The position numbers and the translations under genes are program-made. The notes beneath the pieces are model-generated. The model searched no databases and was not told the origin of the DNA. It worked only from the letters and a program-made list of their open reading frames with translations. Source: a virus. From it: a stretch of 64,000 bases of DNA. The stretch covers positions 8,174 to 72,173 of IMG/VR virus record IMGVR_UViG_3300037193_002967; one strand, 5' to 3'. Positions 28,325 to 38,711 of this stretch are shown one piece after another. Positions within the stretch are counted from its first letter, which is position 1, and each line of letters opens with the position of its first letter.

Positions 28325-28370
28325 ATTGGGATTGCTTCGAATATGAACCATTTCGTGAGTTTTTGCGTGC

Positions 28371-28401
28371 AGGGCTGTCCGGGGAGGGACAGCCCTTTTT
28401 T
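28371..28401 (+). terminator. Intrinsic terminator after terL
   Basis: GGGCTGTCC...GGACAGCCC plus T-run. Confidence 0.8.
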
Positions 28402-28402
28402 A

Positions 28403-28472
28403 TTGATCGTGGTCAATAACTTACGCAGTATGACAAAAAGATTTGTCATTGTCGTTTTTGTGCGTATCTTTG
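28403..28472 (+). promoter_or_regulatory. Bacteroidota promoter with two palindromic boxes
   Basis: TTGATCGTGGTCAA 28403-28416; TGACAAA-AAGA-TTTGTCA 28431-28448 containing the -33 TTTG; TATCTTTG 28465-28472 (19-nt spacer). Confidence 0.8.
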
Positions 28473-28491
28473 GGATATAAATAAAGATCAC

Positions 28492-28776
28492 ATGAAAAAT
28501 AGAGCTAAAAAGGGTGGTGAAATAGGAATGAACGGGGAATTTTATAAAGGCGGATTATTTTTACCATCAACCCAATTGCCAAAGCAATCACCTATCAAAA
28601 TCCATAACACAACCACCAAAAAGCCTATGGCAGATTGGCAAATTAAGAATCTTGAACGTGCCATTGAGGGTACTAAAAAGGCTCTTCATGCCGCAATTGA
28701 AAGAAATGATAAACTGGCTATTGAGGGCAATACTGCTCAATTAGAAAGATATATGAAAATGCTAAATCAACAATAA
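28492..28776 (+). CDS. Hypothetical protein
   Basis: RAKKGGEIGMNGEFYKGG; has its own promoter and terminator. Confidence 0.7.
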   Translation: MKNRAKKGGEIGMNGEFYKGGLFLPSTQLPKQSPIKIHNTTTKKPMADWQIKNLERAIEGTKKALHAAIERNDKLAIEGNTAQLERYMKMLNQQ

Positions 28777-28802
28777 CAATATTTGTCCGAGATGTACACA
28801 CC

Positions 28803-28831
28803 GGCCGCAGGTTTCGCCCTGTGGCCTTTTT
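28803..28831 (+). terminator. Intrinsic terminator
   Basis: GGCCGCAGG-TTTCGC-CCTGTGGCC-TTTT. Confidence 0.75.
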
Positions 28832-28832
28832 G

Positions 28833-28903
28833 TTGACCTGAGTCAAGATATTCTATTTATTGACAAATATATTTGTCATTTCAAAAGCGCCTACCTATCT
28901 TTG
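28833..28903 (+). promoter_or_regulatory. Bacteroidota promoter with two palindromic boxes
   Basis: TTGACCTGAGTCAA 28833-28846; TGACAAATATATTTGTCA 28861-28878; TATCTTTG 28896-28903 (20-nt spacer). Confidence 0.8.
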
Positions 28904-28923
28904 AGTCATCAAAAGCAAATAAC

Positions 28924-29184
28924 ATGAAACACTTCATTTCTTACAGCGCGATCTCAAATTCAGGTACTACAATACCAGATGAATTTTTTTGGAATGGGAA
29001 AGAGTTCTGTGTAAACTACAAAGAGACCTATCCGATAGTATTTTTTAGCGATGAAGAGGTGGAAGAGGAAGCTTCCAAGGCTATGCAACATTTGGAAGAC
29101 GCGGGTTTGGAACACCTATATCAAGAACCTCAATTCAGCTTCGGTATTAAGCTGGAAAGTGAATGGGCCGTTTGTGATAAATAG
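28924..29184 (+). CDS. Hypothetical protein
   Basis: ATG at 28924, downstream of the promoter. Confidence 0.6.
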   Translation: MKHFISYSAISNSGTTIPDEFFWNGKEFCVNYKETYPIVFFSDEEVEEEASKAMQHLEDAGLEHLYQEPQFSFGIKLESEWAVCDK

Positions 29185-29237
29185 TTAATTAACTTTTGGC
29201 TAGGGTAAAACCTGGCCTTTTTATATTTTAAAACTTA

Positions 29238-29612
29238 TTGCATATGTACTCATCAACTTATTATTTTCTTCAAGTCAAGAGGAATGTGGGTCACAATCTA
29301 GTATGGTGGTCCAATGAACACGTTGACATAAACCACCTTCTTTGGTTATTTGGCAATTATGACATTGCTTGCATATGGAAGGTCAGACCTAAACTACCGT
29401 TAACTGACCCTAAACTATTAGGTAAACATAAATTAGAGCTTAGTTATATCGGCGATGGCCGCGTATTCCTTAATTTTTGGGATTGGGCTCACGGTAATGA
29501 TGTATGTGTACAAATCATAGATGGGCATCTTGTTGATGGAAATGAACAAGTAATTTCAATTAAAGAATTTATTTCTACTGTAGAAGCGTCTATTTGTAAA
29601 CGGGAATTATAA
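29238..29612 (+). CDS. Hypothetical protein
   Basis: Co-oriented ORF. Confidence 0.5.
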   Translation: MHMYSSTYYFLQVKRNVGHNLVWWSNEHVDINHLLWLFGNYDIACIWKVRPKLPLTDPKLLGKHKLELSYIGDGRVFLNFWDWAHGNDVCVQIIDGHLVDGNEQVISIKEFISTVEASICKREL

Positions 29613-29634
29613 TTAATCATAAAAACTTTTCAAC

Positions 29635-30990
29635 ATGTCTCATTTTACAGTATTAGTTATCGGCGAGAATCCGGAAGGACAATTAGAGCCTTATCATGAG
29701 TTTGAATGTACAGGGCAGGATGATTATTATGTCAAGGATATTGATATTACCGAACAGGTCCGAAAGGATTATGAAGACGCTACCGTTGTGCGTTATAGGG
29801 ATGGGGATGGAAACCTGTATGAGCCTTATAGTGATGAATTTTATCGTGATCCCACAGAAGCAGAACGCGAAATTATTGGGCCAATAGCCGGTTCCGGATG
29901 CGGTGGTGGTATACAATGGTCTTCAAGAGACTGGAAAGATGGGCGCGGGTATCGTACTAAAGTAAAATTTAAGCCAGATCACTTGGAAGAGGTGGAAATA
30001 CCTCTTAAAGAAATTGAGTCCTTTTTGGAGTATTGTACTGAACATGAAGGTAAGCCCCGAATTACCGAAGCTGGATTAGGATTTGAGCGACGAGAGAATA
30101 AGGGTAAATTAAGTAAGGCATATAAATATGGATACACCGTCATTGATCCCGTTACGCGTGAGGTGATCCGCGTTATAAGACGTACTAATCCAAATGCAAA
30201 ATGGGATTGGTATCAGTTAGGTGGGCGATGGACCGGGCTTTTTAAATTAAAGCCATTAAATTTACTTGCTTATAATGAGGTGTTTGATTCTTTCCAAGGG
30301 TTTACTGCATCCGAAATGGAAGCCTTTGTAAAAATGAAGATTGAAAATCCTGCCAAATTTGAAAAGGTAATTTCAAAATATAATGGCAAATCTGCGGAAT
30401 TGCGGGCTAAGGTAGAGCAGTTAGTTATTGAAAAGAATCGCCGCTTATTTCCAGAATACAAAATCGGGAATCCGGGTCTAATGACCGAACCTGCTAAAGA
30501 AGGCTATGCCGATATGGCAAAAAAGCGGGATATCGATTTCGAAGGTATGCGCGATGAGGCTGTCAAAGAAGCAAAGGAAAGGTATGATTATGCAATGGAA
30601 ATTCTGCATGAGTTACCGATCAATTATACTTGGGAGCAAATTAGGGAACGGATAAAAGACACGGATGAAGCTCGTAATGCCTATTGGAGCCAACCGCGTT
30701 GTAAAGCATGGCGAGAAAAAGAATTCGACACTCGTGAATCTTGGCCATTTAGTTACCGTGCCTCGCCAGATGATTTTTTGATCACTGAACAGGAGTACAT
30801 TCAGAAAGCCGCGAACCGGGCTATTAGCACACATGCCGTTATCAAAGATGGCAAATGGTACGAACGCGGTAAAATGGGTTGGTGGGCGTTTGTTTCTAAC
30901 GAGAAAGCAGACTGGGATAAGGAATTTGCCGCATTGCTTGATAGTGTTGATGATGATACATTATTGTCGGTCTGGGATTGTCATATTTAA
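29635..30990 (+). CDS. Conserved hypothetical phage protein
   Basis: MSHFTVLVIG...NPNAKWDWYQLGGRW...GKWYERGKMGWW...WDCHI. Confidence 0.75.
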   Translation: MSHFTVLVIGENPEGQLEPYHEFECTGQDDYYVKDIDITEQVRKDYEDATVVRYRDGDGNLYEPYSDEFYRDPTEAEREIIGPIAGSGCGGGIQWSSRDWKDGRGYRTKVKFKPDHLEEVEIPLKEIESFLEYCTEHEGKPRITEAGLGFERRENKGKLSKAYKYGYTVIDPVTREVIRVIRRTNPNAKWDWYQLGGRWTGLFKLKPLNLLAYNEVFDSFQGFTASEMEAFVKMKIENPAKFEKVISKYNGKSAELRAKVEQLVIEKNRRLFPEYKIGNPGLMTEPAKEGYADMAKKRDIDFEGMRDEAVKEAKERYDYAMEILHELPINYTWEQIRERIKDTDEARNAYWSQPRCKAWREKEFDTRESWPFSYRASPDDFLITEQEYIQKAANRAISTHAVIKDGKWYERGKMGWWAFVSNEKADWDKEFAALLDSVDDDTLLSVWDCHI

Positions 30991-31006
30991 CTTTAAAATA
31001 TTTTTT

Positions 31007-31309
31007 ATGGAATTTAAGCATACGCCTGGGCCGTGGGTCGTTTCCGATTCTCCGTTAGGGTATACCGAAAGTGCTATAAAGCATGGCACTGGCATGATGT
31101 ACTTAAATGTCGTCGCAGGTCGGGCTAAGATAGTAACGAAGTGTTTACACAAAGACAGCATGACCTTAATTGCTAATGCAAAGCTAATTGCTGCCGCTCC
31201 TGAATTGTTGGATGCGTTGATTGCTGCATACAATGAATTAAACCTTAAATATAACGATACCGAAGTTATTAATAAGGCAAAAGGTGCCATCAAAAAAGCC
31301 ACCGAATAA
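31007..31309 (+). CDS. Hypothetical phage protein (HTPGPW / ANAxLIAAAPELL family)
   Basis: Both motifs present; ATG at 31007. Confidence 0.75.
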   Translation: MEFKHTPGPWVVSDSPLGYTESAIKHGTGMMYLNVVAGRAKIVTKCLHKDSMTLIANAKLIAAAPELLDALIAAYNELNLKYNDTEVINKAKGAIKKATE

Positions 31310-31335
31310 TTCACAATAAAAAAAAAATTCAATCA

Positions 31336-31887
31336 ATGGGAACAAGAAATCTCACTATGGTCATTGACCAAAACGGAACAAAAAAAGTAGCCCAGTACGG
31401 CCAATGGGATGGCTACCCTTCAGGGGTTGGCGCTGGCATAGTTATCTTTTTGCAGAACAAGCCGTTGTTTGACTTATTTAAGTCAAAATTGCATCGTGTC
31501 AGGTTTTTGGAGCCGGAAGGAAGGGACAAGGAATTTGTGGAAAGTTATGATAAAAATACTCCTGCATGGAGCCATGAGCTAGACAACAGAACAGAGGCAC
31601 AAAGACGGTGGTATTCGACTTATATGCATCGTGATTTGGCGGAAGAAGTATTAACGAATATAGCTAATTCTGAAGACGAAGAAATACTGTTAGACGATAG
31701 TGAAGAAACCGCAAGAGGGGGTGGCTGGGTCGAGTATTCTTATGTAATCAACTTGCAGGATAATACCTTGTCGTGTTATCATAAGTTAGATAAGCCGCCT
31801 TTCAAGGTTTATTCTATAGATGAACTTCCCGATTTCGAAAGATTTACAGCCGAATGTGAAGCTGCGGAAGACGCATTGAGAGGATAG
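31336..31887 (+). CDS. Hypothetical phage protein (MGTR...WDGYP family)
   Basis: MGTRNL...YGQWDGYPSGVG...EYSYVINL. Confidence 0.75.
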   Translation: MGTRNLTMVIDQNGTKKVAQYGQWDGYPSGVGAGIVIFLQNKPLFDLFKSKLHRVRFLEPEGRDKEFVESYDKNTPAWSHELDNRTEAQRRWYSTYMHRDLAEEVLTNIANSEDEEILLDDSEETARGGGWVEYSYVINLQDNTLSCYHKLDKPPFKVYSIDELPDFERFTAECEAAEDALRG

Positions 31888-31914
31888 TTAGCGGTTTTGA
31901 AAAGTTCCGCTATA

Positions 31915-31950
31915 AGCCTGGGTTACCTTTTTGGTGATCCGGGCTTTTTT
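31915..31950 (+). terminator. Intrinsic terminator
   Basis: AGCCTGGGTTACC...GGTGATCCGGGCT plus T-run. Confidence 0.7.
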
Positions 31951-31999
31951 ATTTTTTAAAATTTGGCCAGGAGTGGGAAAAAGTGTATAATTTAGGGGG

Positions 32000-32281
32000 A
32001 TGAATGCCTGTTCTATCACACCCTTAGATATTGGAGAACAAACTGGTTATTGCAATGGTTATTATCAGCGAATAACAAAGGCTGAATTACATGTTTATGA
32101 AAATGGGGACCACAGAATAAAATTAGTATTTGAAGATGGTACAGTATCCGAAGGAAAGATAATTAAGATTCAGCCAGTTAATAATCCGCCTCACTGTATA
32201 GTAACTGATGGGAATTTTTTAGAGTCATTCGAGCCAATTCAAATTATTTGGAAAACTGATCAAAATACTTGCAATGAGTGA
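32000..32281 (+). CDS. Hypothetical protein
   Basis: ORF after a promoter-like element. Confidence 0.5.
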   Translation: MNACSITPLDIGEQTGYCNGYYQRITKAELHVYENGDHRIKLVFEDGTVSEGKIIKIQPVNNPPHCIVTDGNFLESFEPIQIIWKTDQNTCNE

Positions 32282-32630
32282 TAAATGCACATGTTGCTTT
32301 GAAGATTTCATAGTTCGCTGCACTGATTACATTCAGGTATATGCGAAGTTGGAGCCTAACACTAATTACTTCTGGGTAATTACTGATAAGTTTGATAAAC
32401 AATATGGAGGGTCATTTACTACTGATGCTGATGGCTTCTGGCGTATTCAGGTAGAAGATTTGCCCGAAGGGTTACTCACCGAATACAGTAGCTCATTTAA
32501 TCTTCAGGTCTTTGAAGATGCTTATGGGTGCAGCCCAGTAAAATTTAAAGTTGCCCAGGATTATGATTGCATTCAATTCAATGTGCGCGGCGGCTTACGC
32601 AATAAAATAACTTTAGGATGCGAATTTTAG
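32274..32630 (+). CDS. Cys-rich probable virion protein
   Basis: Beta-rich, acidic, N-terminal CTCC. Confidence 0.45.
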   Translation: MSDKCTCCFEDFIVRCTDYIQVYAKLEPNTNYFWVITDKFDKQYGGSFTTDADGFWRIQVEDLPEGLLTEYSSSFNLQVFEDAYGCSPVKFKVAQDYDCIQFNVRGGLRNKITLGCEF

Positions 32631-32891
32631 AAGAGTTATTTAGGTTTAGTTTTATTGATAAGTGCGTGTTATTGGTTGGAGTTGCCTCTATTTTTTTTAA
32701 TTTCGCTTATATAGTACCATTCAGTGTAGGCTGGTGTTCTGGGAGTGTGTTATTTAATTTGATTGTTTATTGGATACCGAATGAGGAAAAATAAAAAACC
32801 CGAATATAGAAATATTCGGGTTAAATGAAGTACAGTAAAATAAAGAAAGCATATGAAATACTACAAGGCGAATATACTAAAAATTAATTAG

Positions 32892-33125
32892 ATGGCTTGT
32901 TGCCCATCCACCATAGTTTCTTTTCAAAATGGAGTTACTGAAATACCATATACTGCACTGATGCAACAAACATATGGTCCTACACCACGTGTATATATCT
33001 GGTATTATGATGTGGTAACCGGAAAATGGATGCAAAGTAGTTTCTTTACTTTAGTAAGTTTTAAGGATAATATTATTACCATTGACCATGGCGGGCCGCA
33101 GATCGGTGCGGCAGTGATAAGATAA
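32892..33125 (+). CDS. Small probable virion protein, paralogous to the C-terminus of ORF 41116
   Basis: IPYT...YGPTPRVYIWYYD...IDHGGPQIG. Confidence 0.55.
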   Translation: MACCPSTIVSFQNGVTEIPYTALMQQTYGPTPRVYIWYYDVVTGKWMQSSFFTLVSFKDNIITIDHGGPQIGAAVIR

Positions 33126-34100
33126 GCTAATCATGAAAGAAGAGTTGACGCGCACCTTCACAGTAACGCGCGTAATACAGCCATACAATGATGAAAATGA
33201 TTTGGTGGCTATTTCTGTTACTGATCTACATGGCCGTTTTGAGCAGCAAAGTTTCTTTAAACGTAAAGGAACAAGATGGGATTTTGAATGTGAACGTAAT
33301 GAGCGCATGGCAATTAAATTACTTGTACATAATTTGTTGATGAAATGAGTTGCGAACACAAATTCGTCTTTATTAGAAATCATAGTTACTATACATGGAT
33401 AAGCAGATACACGCTTAAATATGTTAGCGTCGATTATTTTTTTTGTGAAAAATGTCTTGAATATCATGAAATTAAAAAGGAGGCGCAGGTTAGCGATTCT
33501 CAGAAGGATATATTACCAGAATGGGCACGCCTTATCACTTATAAATTACCTTCGGAATATTCTATATGAAATCAATATTATTATTACTAATCCTCATCGC
33601 CTGCCGTGGACCCCGAGAGCGCATCAAAGATTGGCCACCTAAGTGGCTGGATACGGTGATCCATAGGCCAATGCCCGCATGTAATGACACAACAGCATTT
33701 AAAGAAAAATTAAATAAGTAATGTCAGAAGATATATTGGTTTTGATCCCGCTCATGGTACTTGCAGTTCTCTATTTAATAGAAATTTATAGGAACTCTAA
33801 GCGAGAGATTGAAAAAATATGTGATGAAAAAATAAACCGTACGTAATGGGACCAGGATTTGGAGATATCGGCCCACCAGAATGGTTTTGGTACCTGCTAT
33901 TTTTACTAGCAGCAATTGGGGGTATAGCCATGATATATTTCTTAATTAAGTTTATTATTTGGTGCATTCATCATATTAGTATTACATGAAATGGAAATGT
34001 ATCATCTCTAACGAATTCGAATTATGGATTGATCCGTCTGTTTTATCTAAGAACAAAAGAACAATTTTGAGGCTATTTAAAGTTGGCAAATAACCACATT

Positions 34101-34559
34101 ATGATCTTAATTCAACTATTCATAATTTCTCTTTTGGTTTTCGCAATCCATTATACCATGTTGGAAGGCGAGATATTTGATTTTGTGCGCAAGTGGTGGA
34201 AGAAGAAGGAAGATAGGGAGATGTGTTTGGCAGAAGAGTGTGCAAAAGAAGCAGCGTATTTAGAGTCGCTGGATAAGCCTTCTAGGCAATCGCTTATTGA
34301 AAATAGGCGCGTATTAATTAAGTTTAATGCCGATTGTGAAAACAAGCATTTAAAAAAGTTATTTCTACTCGAAAAATTATCACAACCTATTTTCGATTGC
34401 CCGGTGTGCATGGCTCCATGGCATGGTACCTATCTTTATTGGCTGATCCCATGGCAAAGGATCGGATTACCCGCGCATGATTGGGTTGCATGGTTGGTTG
34501 TAATTATTGGTGCATTAGGTTTGAATAGTATTATTATAAGAACTTTTAAGGATGAATAA
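34101..34559 (+). CDS. Membrane protein with CxxC (DUF1360-like)
   Basis: TM helices flanking PIFDCPVCMAPWHG. Confidence 0.55.
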   Translation: MILIQLFIISLLVFAIHYTMLEGEIFDFVRKWWKKKEDREMCLAEECAKEAAYLESLDKPSRQSLIENRRVLIKFNADCENKHLKKLFLLEKLSQPIFDCPVCMAPWHGTYLYWLIPWQRIGLPAHDWVAWLVVIIGALGLNSIIIRTFKDE

Positions 34560-34923
34560 AATACACGTTTCAAAGAACCCGGATATTATATTATCTGAGG
34601 CCCAAAAACATATTTTTTGTGAAAATGGTGTGAGCAAATCGGGGAACGAACAAGTTATTTCCAATGAGCAGCTTTATGAAAAAATGGAAGAAATGATAGA
34701 TAGCATGAAATTAAAATGCAAATGGAAGGATATACACAACTATTAATAAGGCACGGTTTTCGTGAATCTGGCACTTGCCGCTGTGATGGTTATTTCACAA
34801 AAAAATATCGGAAGAGGAATATTGAAATAAAGATCAGAGTAAGTAAATATACCTTCAAAGTAAAAGAAGACAATTCGACTTTATACGGCTTTCAAGCCTT
34901 AATTAACTTAGAAAAAGTTTTGA

Positions 34924-35508
34924 ATGAATTGGATAAAAAGACTGTTTAAGCGCAATCCCAGGGTGAAAGAATTCAATGGGGAATATGCTACAGAAGTATT
35001 TAGACATAATGGGAAGGTATACTTTGCCTTTACCGATACATTTCGCATCCCGGCAGGTCGCGCCCTGTGTGCCTTAGCTATTTACGAAGAATTACGTATG
35101 CGATGTGATCGGGAATATTTGGAAAAGCATATTAGAGCTACAGAACTTATTTTAAGCCCGGATCGGAAACGTATTGATCTGGCTGCATTAGCCTTAATTA
35201 ACAACAATCTGAAGGAAAGACTTAATTTAGCCCCTTATCCTGATCATATTTATAAGCTGGCTAGTGTAATGTTCTTTGATCAAAGCGAGAGCCCCTATAA
35301 GTATGATTTTGTGTATAATCAAAAAAAGATCGACGAATGGAAAGCTGATCCCGGAATGTTGGATTTTTTTTTGCGAACACACTTCAAGGATTTGATGCCC
35401 TCTTTACCTTCGTCCGGCATAAATGCGGACACTTATTTTCAGGTAGCGGAAAAAGTAAACAAACTACACCGACAACAATTGTCGGACATCATATCCAGCA
35501 AGAATTAG
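34924..35508 (+). CDS. Tail assembly chaperone (gpG-like)
   Basis: Upstream of the tape measure gene; contains slippery T TTT TTT at 35364-35370. Confidence 0.65.
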   Translation: MNWIKRLFKRNPRVKEFNGEYATEVFRHNGKVYFAFTDTFRIPAGRALCALAIYEELRMRCDREYLEKHIRATELILSPDRKRIDLAALALINNNLKERLNLAPYPDHIYKLASVMFFDQSESPYKYDFVYNQKKIDEWKADPGMLDFFLRTHFKDLMPSLPSSGINADTYFQVAEKVNKLHRQQLSDIISSKN

Positions 35509-35678
35509 ACGCATGGTTTAGCCAGATGTATTGGCTTGGAGATAATGATCCAATAAAAATTAATGCAATAAATAACGGCCCTATCGTAGATTTTTTTATC
35601 TTGCTGGATGAACGGGTTAGACAAGCCAAACAACAGTTAAAGGGAATAGACAGACGCCTGCAAAAATCAAAGAAATAA
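35364..35678 (+). CDS. -1 frameshift extension of the tail chaperone (gpGT-like)
   Basis: -1 frame is open from 35349 to TAA 35676-35678, ending 3 nt before the tape measure ATG. Confidence 0.7.
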   Translation, partial: FFFANTLQGFDALFTFVRHKCGHLFSGSGKSKQTTPTTIVGHHIQQELDAWFSQMYWLGDNDPIKINAINNGPIVDFFILLDERVRQAKQQLKGIDRRLQKSKK

Positions 35679-35681
35679 TCC

Positions 35682-38600
35682 ATGGCAGGCGAACAAACTA
35701 CCGAAGTTGTATTTATTGACTTTCAAACGAATCTCTCGGAACTTGAATCCGCCACGGATATATTGGAGAAAACCGGTCAAATAGATAAAAAGACTGCGGA
35801 TGCCTTCAAAAAGACGAATGCTGAAATTGATAAGCGCAAAAAGGTTGTAAATGATGCTGCCAAGGCCACCCAGGCAGCTACACAAAAACAAATGATAAGC
35901 ATTGAAGAATTGAATGCTTACATGGAAAAGTTTTTTTCGGATTTCGTGTCAGGGATGCAGGAAGGGGTAATTGATGCTCTCAAGGAAGCCGGATTTGAAT
36001 TCGATGAATTCGGCAATATTATCAACAAAAATAAGGATAAGGTCAACAAGGATGTTGGGTCCATGAAAAAGGAACTCAGCGACATTAATAAAGAGTTGGC
36101 CGCAATGAAATTGCGTGGTGAAGAAAATACACAACAATTCTTAGAACTTGCTCAACGTGGTGGCCAGCTTAAAGATGCTATTGGTGACGCTGCCAGGGAG
36201 GTGAACCGGTTTGCCAGTGATACCCGAAATATTGATGGTTTAATTGATCTTACAAACGGTCTTGCAGGAAGCTTTGCTGTTGCTCAGGGGGCAGCAGCCC
36301 TTTTTGGTTCGGAAGGCGAAGCATTGCAGGAAACTTTAGTTAAGGTGAATTCAGCCCTGGCCATTTTGCAGGGGTTACAATCTGCTACTAATTTACTTCA
36401 AAAGGATAGCGCTGCTATCACAACTCTTAATACTATTGCCCAACGTGGCTATACTTTTGCCGTGGGGGAAAGTATAGGTGCTTTGAAAGCGTTTCGTGTA
36501 GCCCTTGCGCTTACTGGGATTGGTGCTTTAATCCTGGGTTTAACCGCCTTGGTAATGTGGCTCAATAGGGCAAATGAGGAAATCGAAGCAAATACGAAGG
36601 CATTACGTTTATTGAATGCCGAATTGGATCGGGATATTGAAAATTTAGACAGATATACTTCAGAGATACAGCAGGCAAGTGCAGTACGTATAGCAGCTTT
36701 AGAGGCGCAGGGAGCGGCTAATAAAAAAATACGCGATGAACAGCGAGAAGCCACAGCCGAAGAGCTAAGAGGCGTCTTTGAGCTTCAGCAGGCATATAGG
36801 GATCGTGCGAACGCTGCCGAAGAAACGCTTAGGCAGATTGCATTAGGGAACCGCAAGTTTACTGAAGAGGAAGTTGAAGAAGCTGAAAGAACAGTACAGA
36901 CATTTGCAGAATTGACTGAGCGGCGTAAACAATTAGCTACTGATCTGCGTGTACAAGCCATTCAGGACGAAAGGGAAACGCAGCGTGAGCAGTTGCAGGC
37001 AATTGTAGATGGGTTAGAAGCTCAATTGGCTGCAACGAGACAAAATAGTGCAAAAGAACTTGAAGTAAATAAACAACTTGCGCGCGCGCGTGCGAATGTG
37101 GAATTAAATGAAGCTGGGCAAAACGCTGCCAAAAGAAAGCTTATTGAGGCAAATTTACGTAAGGAATTACGCGAATTAGATGCTGAATATGCCAGGGTCC
37201 GGCAGCAAGATCGTATTTCACAATTAGAAGCTGAACTAACTAAGGAACAAAGTGAACGTGAAAAGATCACTAGTCGTACGAGTCAACGAGAAATCGATCT
37301 GCAAGCTAATATTATTAAAGAACAGGCGCGTCTTGAATTAATGCAAACTGGATTAACTGAGGGCCAGAAAACCGCAATTGTTCAAAAATCACTTTCTGAC
37401 AGATTAAAGCTTCAACGTGAATTTACTAAACAAAGCGCTCAGGAGTCGTTGGAGGATTTTATTAGTCGTAACAATCGAGAGCTTGAACAATTAAATATAT
37501 CAAATGAGGAACGCTTGCGGCTTACAGAAGAAAATATCATTGTACAGTCTCAACTGGAAATAAATGCCGCTGAAGGTCTTTCAGACAAAATAAAAGAAAT
37601 TGAAGCCAAAAGGGATGCCGACCTGCGTGCTGCAAGATTGGCATCAATTCAACAACGTGTGCAGTATGAGGAAGAATTGCAGACCGCTCAAACAGGAGTA
37701 CTAAGGCGGGCTCAGGAACGAATACTAAATAGCGAAAGAGCCACTTTGCGACAGCGGATTACAGCTATTAATCAATTAGCCGCTTTGGATATTGAGGCGA
37801 TCAATAGGCGCCAGGATGCATTAGAAGAAGCTCACAATAAGGGCCTCATCAGTGAAAAAGAATATATCCTTGAGTATGAAAAACTGAAAGATGAGGAATT
37901 AAGAGTAACAGAAGAAACTGAAAGAGCTAAAACAGAAGTGCGTCGCAAAGCAGCAATAGAACAGGCAAATATTGCTATTCAAATTACCAGCCAGGTTTTG
38001 GAGATTTTTCAATTAGAATCACAGCAGCGACTGGAAGCACAACAAAATGAATTGAATTACCAACGCCAACAAATAGCCGATCTTCGTGAAACTGGTGCTA
38101 TTACGGAAAAAGAAGCTACTGCCAGACAGAAAAAAATTGATGCCGAGGAAAAAAGATTACGCAGGCAGCAAGCTGAAAGAGAAAAACAATTCGCCATTTT
38201 TAAAGCCGTGTTAGCTATCCCACAGGCGTATCTTACAGGCTTAACACAAGGCGGTCCCATTTTAGGTGCAATTTATGCAGGGTTAGCTGCGGCCCAGGCT
38301 ATAGTTATAGCAAGCCGACAAATTCCAAAGTTCGGAAGAGGTAAGCATAATGAATATGAAGGTCCGGCCGAGATCGGCGAAACCGGACCAGAGCTTTGGC
38401 AAACCGATATGGGCATGTATTATGTACCTAAAAAAACCATTGTTTGGGTAGGGAAAAAAGACCAAGTTTTTAATCCAACCGAAACAAAGAAAATGCTGGA
38501 ACGGCCCGCCATGAATATTGAAAATAGCTATCAGAATGTAAATAATACTGGCAGCGTTTTTAATATTGATTATGATAAGATGGGAGAATCTATTGCCAAA

Positions 38601-38711
38601 CGGATGCCGCAGACCGGTTTTAATTTTGATAAAGATGGGTTTACTATGTGGGCGCTCGGTCAAAACAGCTTAAATAAGTATTTAGATAAACGGCGCAGCT
38701 ATGGAGTATAG
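35682..38711 (+). CDS. Tape measure protein
   Basis: 1009 aa, Ala/Glu/Gln-rich helical with hydrophobic segments; C-terminal GETGPE motif. Confidence 0.8.
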   Translation: MAGEQTTEVVFIDFQTNLSELESATDILEKTGQIDKKTADAFKKTNAEIDKRKKVVNDAAKATQAATQKQMISIEELNAYMEKFFSDFVSGMQEGVIDALKEAGFEFDEFGNIINKNKDKVNKDVGSMKKELSDINKELAAMKLRGEENTQQFLELAQRGGQLKDAIGDAAREVNRFASDTRNIDGLIDLTNGLAGSFAVAQGAAALFGSEGEALQETLVKVNSALAILQGLQSATNLLQKDSAAITTLNTIAQRGYTFAVGESIGALKAFRVALALTGIGALILGLTALVMWLNRANEEIEANTKALRLLNAELDRDIENLDRYTSEIQQASAVRIAALEAQGAANKKIRDEQREATAEELRGVFELQQAYRDRANAAEETLRQIALGNRKFTEEEVEEAERTVQTFAELTERRKQLATDLRVQAIQDERETQREQLQAIVDGLEAQLAATRQNSAKELEVNKQLARARANVELNEAGQNAAKRKLIEANLRKELRELDAEYARVRQQDRISQLEAELTKEQSEREKITSRTSQREIDLQANIIKEQARLELMQTGLTEGQKTAIVQKSLSDRLKLQREFTKQSAQESLEDFISRNNRELEQLNISNEERLRLTEENIIVQSQLEINAAEGLSDKIKEIEAKRDADLRAARLASIQQRVQYEEELQTAQTGVLRRAQERILNSERATLRQRITAINQLAALDIEAINRRQDALEEAHNKGLISEKEYILEYEKLKDEELRVTEETERAKTEVRRKAAIEQANIAIQITSQVLEIFQLESQQRLEAQQNELNYQRQQIADLRETGAITEKEATARQKKIDAEEKRLRRQQAEREKQFAIFKAVLAIPQAYLTGLTQGGPILGAIYAGLAAAQAIVIASRQIPKFGRGKHNEYEGPAEIGETGPELWQTDMGMYYVPKKTIVWVGKKDQVFNPTETKKMLERPAMNIENSYQNVNNTGSVFNIDYDKMGESIAKRMPQTGFNFDKDGFTMWALGQNSLNKYLDKRRSYGV

